Positions 47,909 through 56,040 of a stretch of 64,000 nucleotides of DNA are shown piece by piece. The DNA comes from a virus, in IMG/VR virus record IMGVR_UViG_3300023199_000051, positions 114,165 to 178,164 of that record, one strand, 5' to 3'. Both the position numbers and the translations under genes were made by a program. The notes beneath the pieces are model-generated. The model searched no databases. It was not told the DNA's origin and was given only the letters and a program-made list of their open reading frames with translations. Positions within the stretch are counted from its first letter, which is position 1, and the number at the start of each line of letters is the position of its first letter.

Positions 47909-49186
47909 GTCGCAGCGGTCTGCTGACTGCTGCGTGTGTTGGAGCGTGGTGCGGGTGGCGCCGGTGTCCAGCCTCCGACCCTGTCGCAGCGGTCTGCTGA
48001 CTGCTGCGTGTGTTGGAGCAAAGGTCGCCGTTGCAGAACGGTACGTGGCCCAGCGTCGCAGCGGTCTGCTGACTGCTGCGTGTGTTGGAGCGAAGAGGGC
48101 GGCCGGACAGCGCCCACACCCGAGTTGTCGCAGCGGTCTGCTGACTGCTGCGTGTGTTGGAGCGAGACCACCGGCAACACCTCGGGTCTCATCCGCCACT
48201 GGTCGCAGCGGTCTGCTGACTGCTGCGTGTGTTGGAGCCCTCGCGTGGTCGGTATGGTCGAGCATGCCCACCGAAGTCGCAGCGGTCTGCTGACTGCTGC
48301 GTGTGTTGGAGCGCGATCTGCGCGGCACCGGACACGTGCAGGTCTAGCGGTCGCAGCGGTCTGCTGACTGCTGCGTGTGTTGGAGCGAGTGCACGTTCCA
48401 GGTCCTCGACCAGGACCAGGCGGTCGCAGCGGTCTGCTGACTGCTGCGTGTGTTGGAGCCCCAAGAAGAGGGTGGTGGTCAACCTCGCCCCGGCCGGTCG
48501 CAGCGGTCTGCTGACTGCTGCGTGTGTTGGAGAGAGGCGTGTGTTGGAGCCGCTGCCGCTCAGCACCCGGAACATCGGTCGCAGCGGTCCGAGGGCTGCT
48601 GCGTGTGTTGGAGCGTGCCAGAGATCCGGCTCGTCTCTGGGTGCTCCAACACAGCCGCAGCGGTCTGCTGACTGCTGCGTGTGTTGGAGAGAGGCGTGTG
48701 TTGAAGCACCACATTGGTGGGCTCCGCCCCCTCCGCCCCCTTCTGTCGCAGCGGTCCGAGGGCTGCTGCGTGTGTTGAAGCGACGGGACCGGGCGGCACA
48801 GGCCAGCATCCTTCCGAGGTCGCAGTGGTCCGAGGGCTGCTGCGTGTGTTGAAGCTCGATCGGCGAACTCGACCGGGTGATGGGTCGACTGAGTCGCAGT
48901 GGTCCGGGGGCTACTGCGTGTGTTGGAGGGGCGTCTACCACGGCACCGTGCACCACGTGGTCATGGCGCAGCGGTTGAGAGACCGCTGCGTGTGTTGGAG
49001 GAAAGGGGCCCGGGGAAGGGTCATACCGTCCGTCATGGGCGCAGCGGTTAGCTGACCGCTGCGTGTGCCGAAGGCGTGTGTTGAAGGTCGATCATGTGGA
49101 GGCCGTGCTGGCGGTCGCAGCGGTTCGATGATCGCTGCTTGTGTTGGAGGGTGGGTGGAAGGCTGGAAGGGAGGCGTGTGTCGAAG
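47909..49186 (+). CRISPR. CRISPR array 2: 17 repeats (to 49149), 16 spacers, plus degenerate tail
   Basis: Same repeat as array 1; first 9 copies identical; distal variants keep the hairpin. Confidence 0.98.
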
Positions 49187-49307
49187 GATCGGGATGCGAG
49201 TCGTGAGCGCAGCAGCCGCGGTGCGGGGGCACTGACACCACCCGCGCATGTATAGCATTGCAGGAAAATGCAGGTTGAAACTGCGTTTTCAGTCGGTGAT
49301 GGCATGG

Positions 49308-49328
49308 TGTAGTACAATAGGCTACATT
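49308..49328 (+). promoter_or_regulatory. Conserved promoter/operator motif
   Basis: TGTAGTACAATAGGCTACATT. Confidence 0.7.
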
Positions 49329-49377
49329 ATGTGTGTCGAAGAAAGAAACATCCCCTCCCCCAACAGGATCACCACAC

Positions 49378-50328
49378 ATGGGCGTCTACACCTACACCAT
49401 CAGGACCGACAAGCCGGCTATGACCGTCAACGGAGAGTACATCTACCGCCTGGAGTACGCCGAGCTGACCCGCGACGGCAAGCACTCCGACCGGGCTATC
49501 GAGAAGGCGGACCAGTCTTGGAAGCAGCGCGGGTACCCCGTGGTGCTCTGTGCCATGACCGATGACAAGGGGCGCACCTTGGACGGCGAGGAGATCCGAC
49601 GTGTCAACACCGCTGACACCGTCCACTGGTACGACTGCGACCCGATGCCGGGCGAGCTGGCCGGCTACTGCCACAACAGCAAGATCGTCAAGCCGGCTGC
49701 CTACCTCCGTTTGCTCTGCCGCAGGGGGCCTGGAGGTAGCATCGAGGGCAAGCTGCGTCAGTACCTCGGCGATGCCCTCGCCGATCACTTCCGTTCGGCA
49801 CGGCATACCCTCGCTGACGTGGCCAACACGGGCGCAATCCTTGAGAGTGAGGCGCTGCGTCTCACCGAGATCATGGGCGGCTGCGATCGGCTCCGCGACT
49901 ACCTCACCGACAAGGGGCGTCCCTGGGTCAATGGCAACACCGGCTGCGTCCAGCTCGACAACATGCCGGCCGACGACCGCCGCGCCTACGACCGCGCCGC
50001 GCGGGCCCGCAAACTGGCCGATCGTCTGTGGCGCCTTGTGCCCGCCGACCGCCGCCGCGTGGCACCGTCGCTCGCGATCGAGACCAAACGTCTGCGCGAG
50101 GAGCATGGCGTCACCCGCGCCGACGGCAACAAGCACCGCGCGGTGCGGCGGGGGGACCGTGTCCTGTCCGCAGCCGGCACGCCGGGCACCTTCGTAGGCA
50201 CGACCGGCCCGGTGGTCGTCATCACCTGGGACGGCAATGGCGACAAGGCGCTCGCCTTCGACGCCCGGTTCCCGCTCGCTACGCTCTGGCCGTTCCGAAA
50301 CTTCGATTCCAAGCGGAAGGTGGCCTGA
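49378..50328 (+). CDS. Hypothetical protein
   Basis: 316-aa ORF behind the motif promoter. Confidence 0.6.
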   Translation: MGVYTYTIRTDKPAMTVNGEYIYRLEYAELTRDGKHSDRAIEKADQSWKQRGYPVVLCAMTDDKGRTLDGEEIRRVNTADTVHWYDCDPMPGELAGYCHNSKIVKPAAYLRLLCRRGPGGSIEGKLRQYLGDALADHFRSARHTLADVANTGAILESEALRLTEIMGGCDRLRDYLTDKGRPWVNGNTGCVQLDNMPADDRRAYDRAARARKLADRLWRLVPADRRRVAPSLAIETKRLREEHGVTRADGNKHRAVRRGDRVLSAAGTPGTFVGTTGPVVVITWDGNGDKALAFDARFPLATLWPFRNFDSKRKVA

Positions 50329-50699
50329 TGCCCACCTGCGTCTCGTTCGACATCACCGCTGGCTACGCTTCGCTCCTTGCGCGGCTCGACCGTGCCAACG
50401 ACTGCCCCCGCTATGCGTTCCCGGCGCTAATCAAGGCTGCGGCCGAGCAGGCCGAGGTGCTGGAAGCAGCGATCGAGGCCCACGACCCGGACTCCCTCGT
50501 CACGGTGGATACTCTGTTGTGTCAGCACTCCGCTACGCCACGGCAAGTCATGGCCGTCGCCGCCCTATCCCGTCTGGAGCCCGTTGCCGCCGACGTGTTC
50601 GCCGTAGCGCTCCGTGTGCTGCCACAGGATGTGCGCATGGCCGCCGCCCACCACCTATCCGTAGCACTCCGTGTGCTGCGTCATCTGCCGCTGGAGTAG
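50328..50699 (+). CDS. Hypothetical protein
   Basis: TGATG coupling. Confidence 0.5.
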   Translation: MPTCVSFDITAGYASLLARLDRANDCPRYAFPALIKAAAEQAEVLEAAIEAHDPDSLVTVDTLLCQHSATPRQVMAVAALSRLEPVAADVFAVALRVLPQDVRMAAAHHLSVALRVLRHLPLE

Positions 50700-50702
50700 C
50701 CC

Positions 50703-51278
50703 ATGCGCACTGGACTGATCGATACCGAGGGTGTCATCCACCGATCCCATACGGCCTATGTAGCTGTCTGCACCCCGGCCCAAGACGCTCCTGCAGAAGA
50801 GGGAGAAGGCCCCGAGGTAGAGGGCTGGGGCGAATACTATCTCTCGCCAGCCTACCTCCCCCACCGCTGCCCCAAGTGCTTTGAGGGGCACACCGAGCAC
50901 CTGACCCCTGTTGAAGAGGCTGGGCTGCCTGCACAGATGGTCAACGCCGCTAGGAAGGCTGGTTGTGAGACGCTGGGCGACGTCGCACGCTACAGTCTTC
51001 TCGCGTGGCTCAAGGTGCCCAACATCGGCCGCGCAACCATTAAAGAGGTGTCTGACATCCTCCGAGGTGCATGGCTGTCCTGGGGCTACCTCGACACCGT
51101 TCCGACACCGCTACCAGGGCACGCTGCCAAGAACGTAGCCACCGTCGCTGTAGTTCAGCGGCGCCTGTGGCTCTTGGCACGCTCCCGCTTCCACGGCGAC
51201 ATGACCGAGGAGGCCCGCTATCGCCTCGCTAGAGCTGCCGAGCTGCTCACCAACTGGACCCCTGACATGGAGGGCTGA
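50703..51278 (+). CDS. Protein with RNA polymerase alpha-CTD-like domain
   Basis: LPAQMVNAARKAGCETLGDV...LKVPNIGRATIKEVSDIL parallels the RpoA CTD pattern LSVR..NCL..AGI.TIGDL...LLK..NFGRKSL.EI. Confidence 0.7.
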   Translation: MRTGLIDTEGVIHRSHTAYVAVCTPAQDAPAEEGEGPEVEGWGEYYLSPAYLPHRCPKCFEGHTEHLTPVEEAGLPAQMVNAARKAGCETLGDVARYSLLAWLKVPNIGRATIKEVSDILRGAWLSWGYLDTVPTPLPGHAAKNVATVAVVQRRLWLLARSRFHGDMTEEARYRLARAAELLTNWTPDMEG

Positions 51279-51281
51279 GCA

Positions 51282-51626
51282 ATGCCCAACACCTACGGCT
51301 TCGACGATCCCCAACACTACCAGGCAGCACCGCACGCGCGCGCCGCCTTCGGAGACGGCTGGTGCCTGGAGGACGGCACAGCAGTGCCAAAGACTCCCCA
51401 GCTCTGTGCCTGCTACGAGGGTGGTGAGTGCACCGTAGAGGTCTACCGTACCGCGTGGCCAGCCTCCTTCTACACCATCCAAGTGGTCGGCGGCAGCCCT
51501 GCTGCGTTGACGACAGGATCAGGCCAGCATGAGCTGGCAGCTACGGTGGCCAAGGCGCTGGCGGATGGCATGCTCGCCTTCAGCGGCAGATCCGACAGCA
51601 ACACCAACAACCTGGACCTGGAGTAG
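51282..51626 (+). CDS. Hypothetical protein
   Basis: GGAGG RBS. Confidence 0.5.
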   Translation: MPNTYGFDDPQHYQAAPHARAAFGDGWCLEDGTAVPKTPQLCACYEGGECTVEVYRTAWPASFYTIQVVGGSPAALTTGSGQHELAATVAKALADGMLAFSGRSDSNTNNLDLE

Positions 51627-51631
51627 CACTC

Positions 51632-51934
51632 ATGCCCTTCCACTACCTTGACCCCAACGACGCCGCCCTTCCAGGCAAGCTCCCCGACATCGAAGTCTTT
51701 TTCGTAGAGTCCGTGCAGTTCGGCCCCGAGCCAGACAGCGACGCCTGGATGGCCGAGCGCGGCGAGGAGCTGAAAGCCGAAGACCCGGATGGCGACCCGG
51801 ACTACGCTGAGTTGGAAGGTTGGTACTGGCACTTCTGCTTCCCTGGGTGCTTGCCCGAGTCAGGGTCCATGGGCCCCTTCGGGAGCGAGGACGAGGCGCT
51901 GTTCGAGGCCCGCGACAACGACAGCAACGCATGA
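51632..51934 (+). CDS. Hypothetical phage protein (GWYW..CFPGCLP..GPF motif)
   Basis: 100 aa, acidic. Confidence 0.55.
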   Translation: MPFHYLDPNDAALPGKLPDIEVFFVESVQFGPEPDSDAWMAERGEELKAEDPDGDPDYAELEGWYWHFCFPGCLPESGSMGPFGSEDEALFEARDNDSNA

Positions 51935-51945
51935 GGAGCCGTCTA

Positions 51946-52389
51946 ATGCCGCACGCGATCTGCACAGCTGTGACTTGGTGGGCCGGTAAGGACGCCAAGG
52001 GCAAGCCTCTGGAGGGGGCTCGCGCCTCCTTCAAGCTGGAGGACGGTGCACAGGTCTTCCTTCTGTTTCCAGTGCCTCACCCCGGTGATTCGGATGCCAT
52101 AACCATGCTCCGAGTCGCAGAGCTGGCAGCCTTCCTGTCAGCTGCTGGGTTCGTCTGTACGCCAGGCGGCTGGTCGATACCTAGCAACCAACGAGTGGGA
52201 GGCTGGCCCGGCTTCATCCGAGATGCAGGGGGCTGGCTCAAGGCTGCGAAGCTCCTCTTCGGGTGCGAGCTGCAGCTGGAGCGGCGCGAGCACAAGGCGA
52301 AGTGGGATCCCAGCAAGGGCTACGGTGAGTGGTGCCCCGTGCTCACCAATGTACCGGACAACCCTGCACCAAACCGACCGGAGAGCTAG
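51946..52389 (+). CDS. Hypothetical protein
   Basis: GAGGAG RBS. Confidence 0.5.
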   Translation: MPHAICTAVTWWAGKDAKGKPLEGARASFKLEDGAQVFLLFPVPHPGDSDAITMLRVAELAAFLSAAGFVCTPGGWSIPSNQRVGGWPGFIRDAGGWLKAAKLLFGCELQLERREHKAKWDPSKGYGEWCPVLTNVPDNPAPNRPES

Positions 52390-52390
52390 A

Positions 52391-52954
52391 ATGGCCACCG
52401 ACACCGACACCGACACTGACTGGAACCTGCGACCTCCTACGGAGGACGACTTGCGGCCGACTCCCGAAGACCCTGCTGCAGAAGAAGACCCCCCCGTGCC
52501 TACCTACGGAGAGGTGGTCGAGTTGTGCAATGCGTTGGCCCGCGATCTGGGGATCGTGGTACGGGGGCACTGCGGCCATCGCGATGCCATGTTCGGCGAC
52601 CTTCACGACGAGCTGGAGGAAGACGGCTTGTTGGAGCGCGCTACAGCAGCCGTGGTGTGGGGTGCCACGGACTCGTTCAGCGCGCACCACCATGGGTGGC
52701 TCCCCCTGACCTTCGGTGTCCTGCACGGCGACCTGTCTACCGAGCCAGGGGATCGCGACGTGGCACGCCGCACCAAGCAGGTGGGAATCCTGGTGTGCCA
52801 GTGGCTGTCCCGTAGGGGGCTCGTCGTGAGGTGGTCTGGGGACGTCAGCCACTGCATCCACCTTCACGTGATGCAGGGAGAGGAGGGAGGCTTCCCCGAT
52901 GTCCCCAGCACCCCTCCAGCTCTGTGGGGCCCCAAGCCCTGGGCGAGGGCTTGA
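52391..52954 (+). CDS. Hypothetical protein (DUF6891-like)
   Basis: LGIVVR...LTFG...VGILVCQWLSRRGLVVRWSGD. Confidence 0.45.
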   Translation: MATDTDTDTDWNLRPPTEDDLRPTPEDPAAEEDPPVPTYGEVVELCNALARDLGIVVRGHCGHRDAMFGDLHDELEEDGLLERATAAVVWGATDSFSAHHHGWLPLTFGVLHGDLSTEPGDRDVARRTKQVGILVCQWLSRRGLVVRWSGDVSHCIHLHVMQGEEGGFPDVPSTPPALWGPKPWARA

Positions 52955-52956
52955 TC

Positions 52957-53511
52957 ATGAAGCCCTGCAAGAGCTGCCCCTTCCGTTCTGACGCTCCACG
53001 CGGTCTGTGGGATCCTGCACACTACCTGGCCATCGCCTACCTGGGCAGCACGTCGGTGTCAGCGTGGAGCATGGGGTGCCACCAGTACGGGCCGCAAGGC
53101 CCAAAGGAGACTCGTGGTAAGGACGGACCGCCATGTGGCGGGTGGATACGGGCTGCCAGTGACTCGCCCGGCGTGCGCATCTCAGTCTTGATGGGAGGGC
53201 AGCCTAGCGAGTGCTTCGATGGCACGCCTGTCCTCTCGCCAGAGGAGATGGCGCGGGCTAATGGCCTGGACGTCGATCGGCTGCCTCCCTTGGAGTGGAC
53301 GCCGGAGTACGGAGAGCAGTCGGGCCAGTCCCCGACGGACTGGGCATCCGAGGTTCATGACCTCCGAGCGGCCATCCTCGACAACCCCGAGCTGGCGCAC
53401 GAGTACGTCGTGCCTGGCAGCCCCCTTGATGAGGGCCCTACCTACAGCCAGATCGAAGAAGCCCTTGGCACAGAGGCTGCCGATCACTTCGTGTTGGAGC
53501 ACCTGAAATGA
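52957..53511 (+). CDS. Cys-rich hypothetical protein (DUF6283-like)
   Basis: PCKSCPFRSD..GLWD...GCHQ...CGGW. Confidence 0.5.
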   Translation: MKPCKSCPFRSDAPRGLWDPAHYLAIAYLGSTSVSAWSMGCHQYGPQGPKETRGKDGPPCGGWIRAASDSPGVRISVLMGGQPSECFDGTPVLSPEEMARANGLDVDRLPPLEWTPEYGEQSGQSPTDWASEVHDLRAAILDNPELAHEYVVPGSPLDEGPTYSQIEEALGTEAADHFVLEHLK

Positions 53512-54122
53512 AGCTCGCCCCGCCCCGAGTCCTCCTCTCCTCTACCGAGTGCCAGGCCATCTCTGCCGCGCTTGCGTGGCTGGTGCTGCTAGACGAGTCC
53601 GACCACCAGGAGACCAAGACGTCGATGCCACTGGCCTACAAGGTGTTCCTACAGGCCCACCACGAGGATGGAGCTGGCGTCGGCCCCTTCGATCTCCTGT
53701 TCAGCCCAGGGCGGAGAGGCCACGCACAGACGAAGCTCCCCTCAGAGGCTGGCTACGACAGTGAGACGCTGAGAGCCGCCAAGGGGGCCGTGCACCTCGT
53801 ACGGAGCAAGGCGCAGCTCATGCACATCCACCCCGGCGATTACGTCGCAGTCGACCAGGACGTGGCTGACAGCGCTGGCGAGAAGGCAGGGAGTCCGCAA
53901 GCTGCCTACGCCAAGCTTGTGCAGAGCAAGCAAGAACAGGGGCGCCGGATCCTCGACACCTGCGCGCAGGCGACGTCTGTCCTGGCAACCGCACTTGCGG
54001 TGTTGCAGGTTCGCAGCAGTGGCACACCACACAACTACGTACAGAGCGGGCTCGATGTCCTACAGGCCATGGAAGAGCACCGCGCCACCCCGCAAACCGA
54101 GAGGGACTCCAATGCCTCGTGA
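53508..54122 (+). CDS. Hypothetical protein
   Basis: ATGA overlap. Confidence 0.5.
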   Translation: MKLAPPRVLLSSTECQAISAALAWLVLLDESDHQETKTSMPLAYKVFLQAHHEDGAGVGPFDLLFSPGRRGHAQTKLPSEAGYDSETLRAAKGAVHLVRSKAQLMHIHPGDYVAVDQDVADSAGEKAGSPQAAYAKLVQSKQEQGRRILDTCAQATSVLATALAVLQVRSSGTPHNYVQSGLDVLQAMEEHRATPQTERDSNAS

Positions 54123-54513
54123 CTTCATTCCCTGCTCCGATCACTGCCCGGCCGTGACCGGCGAGCCCTACGGCAGCGTCCAATACTGCCCGAAGCAGGA
54201 AAATGAGCGGCACCACCGCTTCATGCATGAGCACTCGGGGCACCGGGAGATGATCCGAGACGCCAACGGCGACTGGACACAGCTCGACTGGCGCTCAGGC
54301 GAGCATGTCGTTGTCAACCTCCATGAGGACCCCGAGATCCCCATGCACCCCGACGACACCGACTGCTGCATCGACTTCGGGTGCTGCGCCGAGAAGATCG
54401 CGAAGTCTCCGCTTGCGGGTGTGCTCACCCGGATCGCCGATGCAGCCAAGAGAGGGGGCGGGGTAGTCACTGTCACCGACCCGATCAACGACGAGCCCCG
54501 AGGTGATGCGTGA
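54112..54513 (+). CDS. Cys/His-rich hypothetical protein
   Basis: GAGGG RBS; CSDHC, YCPKQ, HEHSGH. Confidence 0.5.
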   Translation: MPRDFIPCSDHCPAVTGEPYGSVQYCPKQENERHHRFMHEHSGHREMIRDANGDWTQLDWRSGEHVVVNLHEDPEIPMHPDDTDCCIDFGCCAEKIAKSPLAGVLTRIADAAKRGGGVVTVTDPINDEPRGDA

Positions 54514-54785
54514 CCCGCAAGCACCTGTCCGAGGCCGGGAGGCACCTGGACATGCATCAGGCGCCCCCAGACGTCTGGCTCGTTGCGTGTGACTACGGTG
54601 GAGAGGCCATCGTGGTTGCATGTGGGCCAGGAGAAGCGCTTGACCAGGCCGAGCGTCTGTTCGAGGGCAGTGTTCGGGACACCGAAGAGATAGCAGCGCT
54701 CCCGCTCACCGCCGCCTTGCGGGAGGGCAGCGGCTGGGAGGTCCGGGCACGCCAAGCCCTTCAGGAGGGTCTGGATGTCAAGTGA
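54510..54785 (+). CDS. Hypothetical protein
   Basis: GTGA overlap. Confidence 0.45.
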   Translation: MTRKHLSEAGRHLDMHQAPPDVWLVACDYGGEAIVVACGPGEALDQAERLFEGSVRDTEEIAALPLTAALREGSGWEVRARQALQEGLDVK

Positions 54786-55101
54786 GCCCGAGCTGCAAGC
54801 ACGTGTCGAGGAGCTGGAGCGTGACCTCGCTGTGAAGCAGGGCGTCATCGACGGCAACCTGGTGGTACGTCCTGATCCGGGCTGCAGTGTCTGCGGTGGG
54901 TCTGGAGCTGCCCCAGACAGCTCGACCTGTGACTGCGTAGGCTGGAAGGCCAGGGAGCAGTTGGAAGAGGTGCAGCGGTTGCAAGAGGGCATTCGGCGTT
55001 TCTACGTCGCGTGGGCTCCGCACTTGCCACGCAGCTGGCGCGAGCACTTCACCGAGCTGATGGGAGATGGTACTCCGTTCCTGGGTAGGCGGTCCTTGTG
55101 A
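54775..55101 (+). CDS. Hypothetical protein with CxxCxGxG motif
   Basis: CSVCGGSG...CDC. Confidence 0.5.
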   Translation: MSSEPELQARVEELERDLAVKQGVIDGNLVVRPDPGCSVCGGSGAAPDSSTCDCVGWKAREQLEEVQRLQEGIRRFYVAWAPHLPRSWREHFTELMGDGTPFLGRRSL

Positions 55102-55976
55102 GCATCCGAGCCACCATCACCCGCCGCGTCCGCAAGCTGCTGGGCCTGGCACGAAAGCATCCAGACGAGCCCGAAGGGCGCTCGGCGCAAGCCATGGCGG
55201 ACAGGCTCATCGACAAGTACCAACTCACCGAGAGCGAGACTTCTGAGGTACGCATCGTCAAGGAGCCGCTCAATCACGACCTCGACGACCCCGACATGGA
55301 GCCGGGCGGCGAGGACTACTGGCAGTGCGTCCTGCTTGCTGTGGTCGCCCGGTTCTACGGCTGTGAGGCATTGCACAACGCCGACACAGGCATCTCGATC
55401 GTCATCGGGGATCGGAGAGGCGTAGACCGGGTGCTGTCTGCCTTCGAGTGGCTGCCTGGGGAGCTGACGTCCAGCTGCGATACCTGGTGGGAGGCGTACA
55501 AGATCCGGCGCCACAACAGGAGGTACGGCGGGGGGAGCAGCACCATGAGTAGCTTCACCGCGTTCTTCACGTCGCAGCTTGGGGCGGAGCCCAACAACCT
55601 CAAGCGCTCCGACTACCTGATGACGACAGTGATCACGCTCCAGGAGCGCCTTGCTCAGTACCAGGCCACCAAAGAAGCAGAGCGCTGTGGAGCAGCGCAG
55701 CTCACAGCTGAGGAGCAAGAGGTAGGAGAGAAGGCCACAGGAAAAGGGGCGGTAAGACACAACGGTGATCGGCTGCTGCCAGCTCGCGCCCCGCAACCCC
55801 TTCGCCGCGCTCCTGCGTACCTGGACCGTGTTCGAGCGAGTGTCGAGGATCAACTCAGAGAGCGTGGCATTGAAGAGTCCGAACCCATGACCTTCCAGCT
55901 TGTACCCGAAGCCGCCCGCGCAGTCCGGCAGATGGACTTGGCAGCCGTGTCGCAGGATAACAATGCATCTGAGTAG
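55098..55976 (+). CDS. DUF2786-domain protein
   Basis: RRVRKLLGLA...EGRSAQAMADRLIDKYQL. Confidence 0.75.
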   Translation: MSIRATITRRVRKLLGLARKHPDEPEGRSAQAMADRLIDKYQLTESETSEVRIVKEPLNHDLDDPDMEPGGEDYWQCVLLAVVARFYGCEALHNADTGISIVIGDRRGVDRVLSAFEWLPGELTSSCDTWWEAYKIRRHNRRYGGGSSTMSSFTAFFTSQLGAEPNNLKRSDYLMTTVITLQERLAQYQATKEAERCGAAQLTAEEQEVGEKATGKGAVRHNGDRLLPARAPQPLRRAPAYLDRVRASVEDQLRERGIEESEPMTFQLVPEAARAVRQMDLAAVSQDNNASE

Positions 55977-55999
55977 CGGATCAATGCTTTGTGGACTAC

Positions 56000-56020
56000 T
56001 GTGTCACACTAGGCTACACT
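56000..56020 (+). promoter_or_regulatory. Conserved promoter/operator motif
   Basis: TGTGTCACACTAGGCTACACT; TGGACT -35 at 17-nt spacing. Confidence 0.72.
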
Positions 56021-56040
56021 GCACCACCAAGGAGACCTGA

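Noticed and set aside
36570-49149. Self-targeting spacers within the window
   Set aside because: By eye only short chance similarities were found (e.g. spacer CCCCAAGAAGAGGGTG versus about 30889); a computed search is needed.
41629-49186. CRISPR-associated transposon
   Set aside because: No TnsA/B/C, TniQ or integrase in the window; cannot be excluded outside it.
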